Below are positions 9,634-19,278 of a stretch of 64,000 nucleotides of DNA, in pieces. Under the pieces are notes generated by a model that did not search any database, had not been told where the DNA came from, and was given only the letters and a program-made list of their open reading frames with translations. The position numbers were made by a program, and so were the translations under genes. This DNA is from an uncultured virus (IMG/VR IMGVR_UViG_3300038318_000272) (Duplodnaviria > Heunggongvirae > Uroviricota > Caudoviricetes): positions 1 through 64,000 of the IMG/VR virus record IMGVR_UViG_3300038318_000272. One strand, written 5' to 3'. How positions within the stretch are numbered: position 1 is the stretch's first letter; each line of letters starts with the position of its first letter.

Positions 9634-9899
9634 TCCTTGAATTGTAATATAACTCCGCCAATCTCTATGACACTGCTCTCTTTGGACAGTATCTCATCCA
9701 CTATTCCATTCCTGTATGCGAAAATCGCACACTCCCTGTCATATCCTTCTGATTCCATTATCATCTTTATCATCTCTTCTTTCCACCCCTCATCAACTAA
9801 ATCAAGGATGTCGTCCATGATATGCTCCTCATAATCATAGAGTTTGAATTCACTACCGTTTATGCTGACCAGATTTCTTGCCATGTTCTTATCCCTCAA
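9630..9899 (-). CDS. small acidic hypothetical protein
   Basis: ATGA-overlap coupling with neighbours. Confidence 0.55.
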   Translation of the reverse strand: MRDKNMARNLVSINGSEFKLYDYEEHIMDDILDLVDEGWKEEMIKMIMESEGYDRECAIFAYRNGIVDEILSKESSVIEIGGVILQFKE

Positions 9900-10276
9900 T
9901 ACCCATAATCAGCCTTCACATAATCTGATATGTCCAGCTCCTTCACTGTGTTCTCATCTTTCACATGATGCAAGAACAAATCTGAACTGTAATATCCGTT
10001 CTGCTCATCGTAACAGCTAACCATCAGACATATACCCTGCTTAGTTACAATGTAGAACCCCAAATCGGGTATCGGAACTATTGAGCTCAATATATCCTCA
10101 AAGAAATCCAAGTCTTCCAGATTCAGGTAGTTGTACTCAGTGCAACCCAGAGGGTATGCCTTCATACCATCCCAGTCTGCATAGACGTTCTCACAGCAAT
10201 CTTGCTGATGATAATCCGTCAGCTTGCTCCCGTCGTCAAAGGTCATTCCATCGCTGGTCATAGATGTTATTTTCAT
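9896..10276 (-). CDS. conserved phage protein (YHxQDCCExV / NGYYS family)
   Basis: YHQQDCCENVY and NGYYS motifs; AAGGAG RBS. Confidence 0.65.
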   Translation of the reverse strand: MKITSMTSDGMTFDDGSKLTDYHQQDCCENVYADWDGMKAYPLGCTEYNYLNLEDLDFFEDILSSIVPIPDLGFYIVTKQGICLMVSCYDEQNGYYSSDLFLHHVKDENTVKELDISDYVKADYGY

Positions 10277-10325
10277 AATCTCGTTCTCCTTAATCCTATA
10301 TGTGCGTGGGCGTATATAACACCTT

Positions 10326-10502
10326 TCATTCGGAGAGCAGGTTGTAAACTTCTTCGCTTATCTCGTCATAGCCATCCAACACCCATTCCACCTCGGTATC
10401 GAGCCATGCTTTTTCTTCAGCCAACTGTATCGCTTCTTCCTCAGATTCTGCTTCGACCAACACGTTATATGTTGCCGTGAATGACATCTCATAATACTTC
10501 AT
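10326..10502 (-). CDS. small acidic protein (58 aa; below ORF-track cutoff)
   Basis: Manual translation MKYYEMSFTATYNVLVEAESEEEAIQLA...; GAGGTG RBS. Confidence 0.55.
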   Translation of the reverse strand: MKYYEMSFTATYNVLVEAESEEEAIQLAEEKAWLDTEVEWVLDGYDEISEEVYNLLSE

Positions 10503-10927
10503 ATGGACTTCACCTCGAAATATGTTACGAAACTGCGTATGAGAAAAACGTCCTTTATGCTTTGATAGAGTTTATCTAGATAATCTGGAACATCCTTCTC
10601 TCTAACCAGCTCCAGTTTACACAGGTTCTCAATCTCCTTCTCAGTCGATTCAACAGACTCACTGCTACACCTTAGCCCATACTCGCCTCCCTTTATAAAA
10701 TAGTACTCTACATAAGATGAGCTTGCGAACAGAATACATAATATTCTCTGATTCTCTTCATCATAAAGAAAGGTTCCGACTTCCAACTTCGGACTCATCC
10801 GCATTGTCTCCAGAATCTGTGCGCATTCTCTCTCACAATCTCTAGCTAGTTCTTCTCCCCTGCTCCCACGATATGTCGCGTTACAGTGCGGACATACGTA
10901 TGTAAACTCTGTTCTTTTCTCAACCAT
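10499..10927 (-). CDS. hypothetical protein with N-terminal CPHC motif
   Basis: YVCPHCNATY...CERECA. Confidence 0.55.
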   Translation of the reverse strand: MVEKRTEFTYVCPHCNATYRGSRGEELARDCERECAQILETMRMSPKLEVGTFLYDEENQRILCILFASSSYVEYYFIKGGEYGLRCSSESVESTEKEIENLCKLELVREKDVPDYLDKLYQSIKDVFLIRSFVTYFEVKSI

Positions 10928-10928
10928 C

Positions 10929-11093
10929 TCAATCTCCCCTCAACTCCAAATACTTCTCAAGCACTGCGTCTAATGCATCTGCTCTTCCCTCGTAGTAGTG
11001 ATACGCTCCACCTTCATCGTAAGAACTGTATTCACTCATTAAGTCCTCGTACTTCTTTATTTCCTCTCTCAGATACTCTTCAAATTCCTTCAT
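10929..11093 (-). CDS. small acidic protein (54 aa)
   Basis: Manual translation MKEFEEYLREEIKKYEDL...; TTATATAG box upstream. Confidence 0.5.
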   Translation of the reverse strand: MKEFEEYLREEIKKYEDLMSEYSSYDEGGAYHYYEGRADALDAVLEKYLELRGD

Positions 11094-11220
11094 ACACTCT
11101 TATCCTTCTACACCTATATAACGTCTTCTTCCTTACAGTATCCTTTGTACTTACAAATTCCTAGTGACCTGTTCTCAAGTAGCACAGTAAAGTATATATA
11201 TGCACACAGCGAACTCATGA

Positions 11221-11354
11221 GCAGACACAACGAATACACTGCGAACATATGACGTACTGTGTATGCGTCTGAGAAAGGTCAGTTAACACAAAATCCTTTA
11301 GACGGATATTTTTTTCAAAGATTAACGGGGGAGTATATATTAATAGACTGACGG
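11221..11354. other. intergenic module copy 1 (CAGAC/GTCTG hairpin, T-run, GGGG-TATA-CTGACGG box)
   Basis: Same order of parts as copies at 15575, 18107, 19279, 20529, 21911, 22631, 23444. Confidence 0.65.
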
Positions 11355-11372
11355 CGAGAGCCCGAAGGACTC

Positions 11373-11750
11373 TCACCTCAGCTCACGGAAGGTCTCGAAG
11401 GCTGTGCTCACACGCCTCTTCTTTGACTCGACCAAGGCACCGAGAGTATCCTTCCTCTCCCCGACCCAACCCCATGCACAGTTCACGTGTATGTGATTGC
11501 CCTCCTCTCCTTTCTTCACATCTAACACATCCTCATGCACACAACCCGTAGCGTACAGGTATCTGGCAAGGATACACTCTCGTGTGTCAGGATTGCAGGG
11601 AGAAGGCCCTTTGCGGGCCTCCTGTATCCACTGCCACAACACATCCCCGTTCCACTCATACTCCAGCCCCGAAGAGATAGAACCCTCATCATGAGAGAAG
11701 GTGTTATGTCTCATGTCTCCTTCTTTGTACGTAGTCAGTTTCACTCTCAT
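11373..11750 (-). CDS. hypothetical protein
   Basis: Followed by GC hairpin 11356-11374. Confidence 0.55.
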   Translation of the reverse strand: MRVKLTTYKEGDMRHNTFSHDEGSISSGLEYEWNGDVLWQWIQEARKGPSPCNPDTRECILARYLYATGCVHEDVLDVKKGEEGNHIHVNCAWGWVGERKDTLGALVESKKRRVSTAFETFRELR

Positions 11751-11751
11751 C

Positions 11752-12165
11752 TCAGACCCTCATCGGCTTGTACGTCTTGTCACGCATCTTCTCGCATTCC
11801 TTCTTGACATATGCAATCATCTGCTGACCCGTACCGCCGTGCCAAAGAGACTTAGCAACCTTCCGAGTAAGGTCTCCGTAGACCTCATCGACATTCAAGT
11901 ACATCGGCACATCGGCAAAGGTCTCGACGAACTCACGCACATCGACCATCTCCGAGCACAGCTCTTCCTCTATGTAGTCTACGAAGCCGTCCGCCGACCC
12001 GTACTCTATGATATGCTTACCGAGAATCCTGTAAGCGATATCTGCATCGCTTCCCATCTCGCTCCACCCCATCCACCGTCCGAGTCTCTTGAACATCACA
12101 TCAGGGTTGTTGTTCCTTATCGCATTCACTGTCTCTACTGCTTTTATGAAATTCGTATCATTCAT
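11752..12165 (-). CDS. hypothetical acidic protein
   Basis: AAGGA RBS; 137 aa. Confidence 0.6.
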   Translation of the reverse strand: MNDTNFIKAVETVNAIRNNNPDVMFKRLGRWMGWSEMGSDADIAYRILGKHIIEYGSADGFVDYIEEELCSEMVDVREFVETFADVPMYLNVDEVYGDLTRKVAKSLWHGGTGQQMIAYVKKECEKMRDKTYKPMRV

Positions 12166-12522
12166 TGTTTCACGTTCCTTTTTAAATTGTTTAGATTAAG
12201 ATGTTTTTGTCGAACAGCCCGTAGGCTATCACATTCATTCTCTTGTCCGAGTGATAAGGGCAATGCTTCATCGAATGATTCTCGTTCCCGACCATCATCA
12301 AATGACAGGCATCATCGCAATCCTCGCCTTTGCACACGGTTATCTCCAATGTATCACGGCATCCTCCACCGCTGACACCTCTTATATACTCTGTCGGAGA
12401 GAACCATTTACCTTTAAGGTTCCCTTCAAAGATACCGTCCCAGTCCTCTGGGTAAGGTATCACAGCCTCTCTCAGCCCGTCCTCCTCCGCCTGCAACTCT
12501 TCTAGCGTGTATCTTCTCTCGC

Positions 12523-13182
12523 TCACTGTACCACCCCGAATATCTCCTGCTTCTCGAAGAGGTAAGGCTCTCCCTCCTGCACTACTGCACAGGCTATCGC
12601 CTTGCGTACTTTGCACGCTATCTCCTTTATCGAATAGTTGTTGGAGATGATTTCATCCTTCAGTGCGAAATTCATCAACTCTCCCTTTAAATCCTCGTAT
12701 GTGTAAAGTAGGGGGTGACTTATGCCCTCATCCACGTACAGTCTTCCGTTCTTGATTCTCCCCTCAGCCAGACGAATCAGAGTCTTCATGTCGGGGAACT
12801 CTGTGCTGACCATGACATCACGGTAGAACCTTCTCATACCCCTCACGCTCATCTCCTCTCCAGCGAATATCGGATGGATGGTTATGTTGAACCCCAGTCC
12901 CTCGGACTTTCCGTCCACGGCAAGGTCGTCCACGATGCCCGACACCGCCCCACGAACCCACATCTCGAAATGTGAATCGTAGACACCATCCTCCTTTCTG
13001 AGTTTCACGAACAACGCTGACTGAGCATCCTCGAATGCCTTGATTGTTATTGCTCTCAGAGAGTCGTTGCCGAGTATACTCTCCGTCATGTCTCTCGGAA
13101 GGGCCTTAAGGTCATTGCTCATGAGTCTCCAACTTATAGGGATGCCACAGACCTCCCTGTTGAGATACACCACGTTCGTCAT
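12523..13182 (-). CDS. hypothetical protein
   Basis: 219-aa ORF, GGAGG RBS. Confidence 0.65.
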   Translation of the reverse strand: MTNVVYLNREVCGIPISWRLMSNDLKALPRDMTESILGNDSLRAITIKAFEDAQSALFVKLRKEDGVYDSHFEMWVRGAVSGIVDDLAVDGKSEGLGFNITIHPIFAGEEMSVRGMRRFYRDVMVSTEFPDMKTLIRLAEGRIKNGRLYVDEGISHPLLYTYEDLKGELMNFALKDEIISNNYSIKEIACKVRKAIACAVVQEGEPYLFEKQEIFGVVQ

Positions 13183-13183
13183 T

Positions 13184-13522
13184 TCAGTCCTCCTTCACGA
13201 AATCGACCTCGAAGTCCCCGTCATCGAACTCGCACTCATCCACGATGTAATCATAGATGTCCTCGGCAAGGCTCTCCAGGAAGTACTCGAACTCCTCTCT
13301 GTACCTTACAGGGTCTACTGCTTCCAGCGTCTCGCTGACCTCATAGAATCCCCCGAAGACATCCACCGTCTTGCCCGTGTTCAGATAGTCATCGAACGCC
13401 TCGCACACGTCCGAAAGGAACACGCCGTTGAACAGTTCCCTTAAGTCGTTCGCATGGTTGACATCCATCACATGAGACACGTTGCCCGTGCCCCTCATCT
13501 TGCTTGTTATTCTTACTTTCAT
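13184..13522 (-). CDS. acidic paralogue family member 1
   Basis: AFDDYLN..VDVFGGFYEVSETLEAVDPVRYREEF shared with 13584, 17569, 19508, 20709. Confidence 0.75.
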   Translation of the reverse strand: MKVRITSKMRGTGNVSHVMDVNHANDLRELFNGVFLSDVCEAFDDYLNTGKTVDVFGGFYEVSETLEAVDPVRYREEFEYFLESLAEDIYDYIVDECEFDDGDFEVDFVKED

Positions 13523-13537
13523 TTTATTTTCCTCCTT

Positions 13538-13582
13538 GGGTTTTTCTCCCTATGACCATATAGGTCATAAGAATATTTAACC
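13538..13582 (-). promoter_or_regulatory. representative TATA promoter with 5'-terminal GGGAGAAAAACCC hairpin; GGAGG RBS immediately downstream
   Basis: TTAAATA about 23 nt before hairpin; same design at 14407, 15040, 15427, 16759, 17519, 17921, 19132, 19859, 20358, 21755. Confidence 0.75.
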
Positions 13583-13583
13583 T

Positions 13584-13919
13584 TTACTCATCCTCCCTCT
13601 CAAGGCGCAGTCCTGCTATCTTCTTCCAGGAATACTCCTGTAAGGAATCCCACGCCTTCTTCAGCTTCTCGTTCATGAACTCCTCGAACATCCAATCATA
13701 CCGTTCCTTATCGTACATGAACAGTACATCCGCTGAAGGATGCTCTTCATCAAGAACGACAGACCTGTACTCTTTATTGAGATGTGCGTCAAACGCATCG
13801 CCCATATCAACTGTGTAGTCATGCTTCATCAGAAACAGGAATTCATCCAGATTCTTCACTTGATAGGTCTGCTTCCCTTCATACCTCGATTCCACGCTGA
13901 ATCTTATCTTCTTTTTCAT
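13584..13919 (-). CDS. acidic paralogue family member 2
   Basis: Start MKKKIRF (ATGA overlap with upstream stop); AFDAHLN..SADVLFMYDKERYDWMF. Confidence 0.7.
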   Translation of the reverse strand: MKKKIRFSVESRYEGKQTYQVKNLDEFLFLMKHDYTVDMGDAFDAHLNKEYRSVVLDEEHPSADVLFMYDKERYDWMFEEFMNEKLKKAWDSLQEYSWKKIAGLRLEREDE

Positions 13920-14386
13920 GTCTCTTCCTCCGTCTCTTCCTCCGCCTCTCTTATGTCGAATCCGTCTATCGCATCCGACCAGCCCTTCTCTTCCAGGTCG
14001 ACCCAGATTATATCTTCGATATCCCGCCTCCAATCTTTGTAGAGTTCGTAGATGCTATCCATCATCTCTGTCATGAACACATTCCAGATATCGTCGTTGA
14101 AGTCCGAATCCTCTATAATATCCTCTACGGAGTTCAGTCCTGTTCCCAGATGGAATATCTTTTCGGTCTCGTCATTCTCGTTCGACACCTTCACGACATA
14201 GCGTGTGTCTATCACAGTGACGTCCAAGATTCTCTCAATCTCTTGAAAGAAGGATGTTCCGTTGGCACCATCATAGGCCTCAATCAGATTCCATACATCA
14301 TCCCCAGTCCTGTCCCAGATGTCGAGAGCATAGATTTCTCCCGTCTCAACCTCTTCGTATCTTATGTGTAGCAGTTGTTCTTTCAT
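13916..14386 (-). CDS. highly acidic hypothetical protein
   Basis: Very D/E-rich; own promoter and RBS. Confidence 0.7.
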   Translation of the reverse strand: MKEQLLHIRYEEVETGEIYALDIWDRTGDDVWNLIEAYDGANGTSFFQEIERILDVTVIDTRYVVKVSNENDETEKIFHLGTGLNSVEDIIEDSDFNDDIWNVFMTEMMDSIYELYKDWRRDIEDIIWVDLEEKGWSDAIDGFDIREAEEETEEET

Positions 14387-14457
14387 TTTTTATGTTCCTC
14401 CTGTTCGGGTTTTTCTCCCTATACTTACATAGGTTAGGGAGTATATATACCCTTCGT

Positions 14458-14769
14458 TCAGTCCTTCACCAGGCATATCCACAACTCTCCCATGTTGTGA
14501 AAGCCCGTCCCCTCCAGGTCATCGTAGACCTCTGTCATCTTCTTCTCCAGCCAGTTAGAGTATGCCTCTCCCGTTGTGTATTCTTCAGGGTCTTCCGTGA
14601 AATTCCCGTTGAACAAATCCTTTGCGAATTCCCAGATGAGTATCGCATCGTACTCTTTCCCCAGCCAATACCTGAACTCATCATAGTCCATTGTCAGTAT
14701 GTATGCGTGTTTGAATTCCGAGTTCATACTGACCACTATCTTCATCCTCTCCTTCTTGTTTATGTTCAT
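14458..14769 (-). CDS. acidic hypothetical protein (possible distant paralogue)
   Basis: Start MNINKK after AGGAG; C-terminus resembles the family. Confidence 0.6.
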   Translation of the reverse strand: MNINKKERMKIVVSMNSEFKHAYILTMDYDEFRYWLGKEYDAILIWEFAKDLFNGNFTEDPEEYTTGEAYSNWLEKKMTEVYDDLEGTGFHNMGELWICLVKD

Positions 14770-15023
14770 CTCCTTCCCTCCCACTGCTTCTTCCATTCCT
14801 CTCCAAAGTTCACATAGATTGCATCTCCGTACATACCCTTTGCGTCATACAGCCATGCAACCCTGTCAACATCGGGGTCATCATCGTGAACATATCCCCT
14901 ATACATCCCGTCGGCTATGACCAACGCCTCTTCCATATCATCAGCCATGATGATGTCCTTCGTTCTGTCATCATCTCCGTTCTCGACGTTGAAATCCGCC
15001 GTTATCATTACTATGTGTGCCAT
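14766..15023 (-). CDS. small acidic protein
   Basis: Own promoter, hairpin and RBS. Confidence 0.65.
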   Translation of the reverse strand: MAHIVMITADFNVENGDDDRTKDIIMADDMEEALVIADGMYRGYVHDDDPDVDRVAWLYDAKGMYGDAIYVNFGEEWKKQWEGRR

Positions 15024-15078
15024 TTTGTTTTTCCTCCTTGCGATTTTCCTCGCTACAACTACATAGACGTAGTAGTAT

Positions 15079-15414
15079 TTAACCCTTTATCTCCGAGCCT
15101 ATCACGTAGTTCAGATATCCAATGCATACTATACCGCCCAGCAATACATCTATCGGTCTGTCGTCATCGTCTATATTGAAGGTAGCTCTCAGCCCTCCAA
15201 AGTTAACAGACATGAAGAAAGCATCATCAGCCCATCCGCACATCAAAAGGAGACCCCCGTCTCCCTTCTGAATGTGCATACGCCTCTCTTCCTTCTTGTA
15301 ATCCCCGTGCAACCATGCCTCTATCTCCAGCCATTCGTCTTGAGATATGTCAGCGATGCTGTTGACATTAACAGTCATTAATCCGTTCTCTGTATTCAGT
15401 TCTATTTTTTTCAT
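15079..15414 (-). CDS. hypothetical protein
   Basis: Own promoter, hairpin and GAGGAGG RBS. Confidence 0.65.
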   Translation of the reverse strand: MKKIELNTENGLMTVNVNSIADISQDEWLEIEAWLHGDYKKEERRMHIQKGDGGLLLMCGWADDAFFMSVNFGGLRATFNIDDDDRPIDVLLGGIVCIGYLNYVIGSEIKG

Positions 15415-15478
15415 TGTGTTCCTCCTCGGCTTTTCTCGCCGAATCTACATAGGCGTAGGTCTATTTAATACCTTCGTC

Positions 15479-15565
15479 TACTCAATACCGAGTAAGTAGT
15501 CTACCGAGATAGTAGTAACAATAATAGTAGTAACTAAGAATTGAGTACCTACCTAATAGATAGTA
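15479..15565. promoter_or_regulatory. array of five WACY-N8-RGTW operator-like sites
   Basis: TACTcaataccgAGTA, TACCgagatagtAGTA, AACAataatagtAGTA (one mismatch), AACTaagaattgAGTA, TACCtaatagatAGTA. Confidence 0.7.
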
Positions 15566-15574
15566 GAGTAGGCA

Positions 15575-15701
15575 TACCAGACGAGTGATGGTTATCACTC
15601 GGCTGTTTGGGGTGTAGGGGACTGTGGGTTGGCTTGATATTCAGTTTATCACGGATTTTTTTGCTGTTCAACCAGGGGGATATATTCAGATGCTCTGACG
15701 G
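15575..15701. repeat. intergenic module copy 2 (family A)
   Basis: CCAGAC-hairpin-CTGTTTGGGGTGTAGGGGACTGTGGG (15603-15628), T-run, CTGACGG. Confidence 0.85.
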
Positions 15702-15933
15702 TGAAGGGGTTTGGGGTGGTTGGTATCATACCCACACCACCACCCTATCGAACCCTGCCTCGAAGTCGTCGTATCACTCATCGTCTTTTTCAAAACATGG
15801 ACAATATGTATCTTCGTACATATCGAAAGGCATGTTAGGGTCATCATCCTTTTGACAACAGAACATATCTCCATCGTCGTAAGCCACACTGTCCGCATAC
15901 TTGCATGTGTTGCATTGTTCTTCAGTCATTGCT

Positions 15934-16233
15934 TCACCTCTCCTCAATTATTAAATCGTCCATCATATCGTCGGTTAGCAGACGCGCGTGAAAGTCCTCA
16001 TCGTCAGTAAGGTAGGTTATGATGTAGTCGCCAACCATCCAATAGGTGCACGGCTTGTTATATTCACCATGCACACCATTATAGTATCGCCAAGCATCCT
16101 CAGCGTTAATCATTACATACCTAAGGTAGTGTTTTGATTCGTCAAGGGTGTAGTAGGGTTGTACATCCCACGCTAGGTGACCGTCCGTCGGTATACTGTC
16201 AATCACGTTGCTCATTTCCTTGAGTGTCGCCAT
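15934..16233 (-). CDS. hypothetical protein, paralogue of 27169-27465 and 26607-26918
   Basis: MATLKEM...CTYWMVGDYIITYLTDD...MMDDLIIE shared. Confidence 0.75.
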   Translation of the reverse strand: MATLKEMSNVIDSIPTDGHLAWDVQPYYTLDESKHYLRYVMINAEDAWRYYNGVHGEYNKPCTYWMVGDYIITYLTDDEDFHARLLTDDMMDDLIIEER

Positions 16234-16236
16234 TTT

Positions 16237-16482
16237 TCACTCCCCTATAAGAGATATAGACCCGACCATAACCCCGTCTCTCCTAATCTGTGCGAAACAC
16301 CCCAAAAAATCTATATCATCCGCATACATAATAAGTCTCCCTATATGAATGCTGTATTTCCAATATCTGCGGTGAACCCTGATTATGACAACGTCTCCAA
16401 TGGCTACGCTCTCTCCGTCCCCATCTATGAAGGCTTGAATCTTTTTGGTGTTGTTTGCTATTATTTCCTCGGTTGTTGCCAT
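16237..16482 (-). CDS. hypothetical protein, paralogue of 26922-27167
   Basis: MATTEEIIANN vs METTKAIIAKN; YADDI/YVDEI. Confidence 0.7.
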   Translation of the reverse strand: MATTEEIIANNTKKIQAFIDGDGESVAIGDVVIIRVHRRYWKYSIHIGRLIMYADDIDFLGCFAQIRRDGVMVGSISLIGE

Positions 16483-16511
16483 TTTCTTTATCTCCTATAT
16501 TTTTAAGATGT

Positions 16512-16742
16512 TTAGATGCGTGCAAGCCCCTCAGATGTGTATTCGAACTTGTACGTCCTTCCGCCTACAAACGCCTTCACATAAGCGTTTCTGGCGATTC
16601 CATCTGTAGCCGCAAGTCTTTCTATCTCGGATACGATGGCGTTCTTAGCGTCCTTGGTCAGCTTGCGGTCATCAGTGGTAACCCCAGACACACCCGCTAC
16701 ATCCTCTCCCCATCTTCCCCAAAACTCGATTGTTGCTATCAT
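16512..16742 (-). CDS. hypothetical protein
   Basis: Start MIATIEF after GGAGG RBS and promoter. Confidence 0.6.
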   Translation of the reverse strand: MIATIEFWGRWGEDVAGVSGVTTDDRKLTKDAKNAIVSEIERLAATDGIARNAYVKAFVGGRTYKFEYTSEGLARI

Positions 16743-16809
16743 TTTGTTTTCCTCCTTTGGGTTTTTCTCCCCTAGCACTACATAGCACTAGGGGTTTTTA
16801 ACCCTTTGC

Positions 16810-17496
16810 CTAAGCGTAGCCCAGCCTCATCCTCCAGGCCTCTGCCTCTTCTCTCTTCGGGTACGCCTTACCAATCCCAGAGTAGTCCGCACTGGCTTCA
16901 TGCCCGAAATACTCCCTTGCCAGCATCAGCCTCTGAATCTCACTGAACACGATATAGTCCAGTACGAATTCGGGTATCCCCTCATTATCCAGCACCGTGT
17001 TGATGGCTATGACCTTCATCATCATTGACATGGTGGACATATGGTTGGGCTTCTTGTCCATCCAGACCAGCTTCAGCACCGAATCCTCGTTGACCAGACC
17101 CATGCCCTTCAGCCTTTCAACCGAATCGTTCAGATTGCGAACCGTTCCTATGCCGTCCTTCGCATACGTTCTATGCCTCTTTATGAAAGAAAGCTGGTTC
17201 TCCTGTGCGAATTCGTCCGATAGGATGTATTCTTTCATTTCGTCCGAGTAGCCAGCATCCTGACCACTTATCTTCTTGAACATGGTGTGAGCCAAGTCCT
17301 CCAGTACCTGCCTCGGCGCATACTTGAGATAGTCTGACACCTGGAACTCCGCCCATGAATTAGTCCTTTGCCAGCGAACCTTGAAATCGCTGAACGCCCC
17401 AAAGCTCGCCCTGACTGTGTTGTATTCGTAATCCTCGCCTACTTTGCTGAACACATCCATAACGTATTCGTCATTGTTCTTTGCCTTTCTTGCCAT
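16810..17496 (-). CDS. YgjP/DUF45 (M48/SprT-like zincin) homologue lacking HExxH
   Basis: VSDYLKYAPRQVLEDLA and IPEFVLDYIVFSEIQR where YHELxH is expected. Confidence 0.6.
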   Translation of the reverse strand: MARKAKNNDEYVMDVFSKVGEDYEYNTVRASFGAFSDFKVRWQRTNSWAEFQVSDYLKYAPRQVLEDLAHTMFKKISGQDAGYSDEMKEYILSDEFAQENQLSFIKRHRTYAKDGIGTVRNLNDSVERLKGMGLVNEDSVLKLVWMDKKPNHMSTMSMMMKVIAINTVLDNEGIPEFVLDYIVFSEIQRLMLAREYFGHEASADYSGIGKAYPKREEAEAWRMRLGYA

Positions 17497-17568
17497 GTTC
17501 TTTTTTCCTCCTTTTTGTGGGGTTTTCTCCCTGCATCTACATAGACGAGGGAGTATATAACCCTTTGC

Positions 17569-17901
17569 TTATTCGTCCTCCTCTTCGTACACCTCTATCT
17601 TGGTGATTGTCAGATTTCCCATGTAATAAGGTTCTCCTCCTTCAAGAGTTGATTCTATGTCCTGGCTAAGACTGTCCAGATTGTCCAAGAGTCCGCATCT
17701 GAACGCTGTCGGGTCTATCTCTTCAAATGCCCTACTGGATGAATATGTGTATCCGCATATCTCCACGTCGCCATAGGCATCGTCCAGCATAGCCCGATAT
17801 TCTTCCAGGGCTTCCTCTTCAAACTCTGAATCCATAGCCTCTATCAGACCATCGAAGTCTTCAAAGAGGTAGACTTTTCCACCTGTTGTTACCATTATCA
17901 T
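17569..17901 (-). CDS. acidic paralogue family member 3
   Basis: MLDDAYGDVEICGYTYSSSRAFEEIDPTAFRCG. Confidence 0.75.
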   Translation of the reverse strand: MIMVTTGGKVYLFEDFDGLIEAMDSEFEEEALEEYRAMLDDAYGDVEICGYTYSSSRAFEEIDPTAFRCGLLDNLDSLSQDIESTLEGGEPYYMGNLTITKIEVYEEEDE

Positions 17902-18106
17902 TTTTCATATCCTCCTGTTTGCGACTTTTTCGTCGCTATACCTACATGTTCGTAGGTGTATATAATACCTTTCATCCTACGCAATACCGATATTCCTAAG
18001 AGAATACCGAGTACCTACTCTATTCCGAGTACCTATTCATTCTTAAGTCGGTATCTAAAGTATATCTACTGATTTTTGAGTAACCGAGAAACCCGTTGCA
18101 AAATTG

Positions 18107-18247
18107 GACTGCTCCGAATGTGAAACCTATTGGGTTTCACATGAGGACGACTGCGCCACTCAGGCTTTGCTGGTTGGGGGGGTAAATCAGAAACGCATAC
18201 TTTTTTTCAATGAAATCACGGGGGACTATATATGAATAGCCTGACGG
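18107..18247. repeat. intergenic module copy 3 (family B)
   Basis: GCTCCGA-hairpin then 37 bp (18152-18188) identical to 19317-19353, T-run, CTGACGG. Confidence 0.85.
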
Positions 18248-18377
18248 AAAATCTACCAGAATTTGCGTAGGTACTGGTTAAGGGGTGGATGGGGTGAGTG
18301 AGGGCGGTCAGCGCAAAAGCCCACGCCTGACCTAATCGCCCATCCATGAGAAAGGATAAGGAGTTTAGGGGCGGGTT

Positions 18378-18698
18378 TCAGACGATGCCGATAAACCTCC
18401 TGTTGCCGTCCACGCCGTCTATCTCTAAGCGGAAGTCCCGTATCCTCGCACAATAGCTGTGCTCGCCTATCTCGGACAGCATCGTGTTGATAGCGTCCCT
18501 GTCGCTCGCCGAATATGCGCCCTTGCCAATGCTGAATGTCTTAGCGTCATACTTGAAAATGTCAACGCCGTAATGACTCAATTCGAACGAGCCATCCCTG
18601 TCATCATAGAATCCTAGGTATGAGCCTTTGCGAACATACGCTCTCGGTTTCTTGATTGCTTTCTTATGCAGTTCCTTTACGATTCCTATGCTTTTCAT
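18378..18698 (-). CDS. hypothetical protein
   Basis: GGAGG RBS and TTTATAC promoter. Confidence 0.65.
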   Translation of the reverse strand: MKSIGIVKELHKKAIKKPRAYVRKGSYLGFYDDRDGSFELSHYGVDIFKYDAKTFSIGKGAYSASDRDAINTMLSEIGEHSYCARIRDFRLEIDGVDGNRRFIGIV

Positions 18699-18755
18699 TT
18701 TTGTTCCTCCATACCTACATACACCGAGGTGTATAAAGGGTTTTCGGAAAGGGGT

Positions 18756-19112
18756 TTATTCGCCCTCCATTATCGCCATGGCGTAGGTTCTCATGATGGG
18801 CCTGGCCAGCCCGTCCGATGGTCTTATCTCAGCCAGTCCAGCCAGTTTGAACAATTCCCAATAGTCATATTCGTCAAATGCTCTCTCGAATGTGTCCATG
18901 GTCGGTTTCTTTCCGAACGTGTTTAGAAAGTCCCGATAGCACCACTCAACCGCTGTTGCAATGATATCGCCCGACAGTTTCAATTTCCAGCCAGCACCAT
19001 ATTTCTCATGATACTTGACGGACAGTTCGGATATCGAAGTTTCGTTAACTCTCTCTGCTATCTTCAGTACATCCTTTTTCGTTGTCTTGAACAACGCTAT
19101 ATTTTCCGACAT
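18756..19112 (-). CDS. hypothetical protein
   Basis: GGAGGT RBS, hairpin and TATA upstream. Confidence 0.65.
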   Translation of the reverse strand: MSENIALFKTTKKDVLKIAERVNETSISELSVKYHEKYGAGWKLKLSGDIIATAVEWCYRDFLNTFGKKPTMDTFERAFDEYDYWELFKLAGLAEIRPSDGLARPIMRTYAMAIMEGE

Positions 19113-19207
19113 TTTCTTTTACCTCCTTCTTTCGGGGTTTTCCCCGACATGATTAGTTAAGGCACGATAGTATATATATCTTTGCCTAAAGTCAAACGAC
19201 AATGCCC

Positions 19208-19270
19208 GACCAATTTTCGAGTAGCATCCAACCAATTTTCGAGTAGCATCCAACCAATTTTCGAGTAGCA
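19208..19270. repeat. 22-bp tandem repeat x~2.8, each unit carrying one operator-like site
   Basis: ACCAATTTTCGAGTAGCATCCA repeated. Confidence 0.9.
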
Positions 19271-19278
19271 GAATAAGT

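Noticed and set aside
19208..19270. 22-bp tandem repeat as a mini-CRISPR
   Set aside because: No spacers; each unit is one operator-like site.
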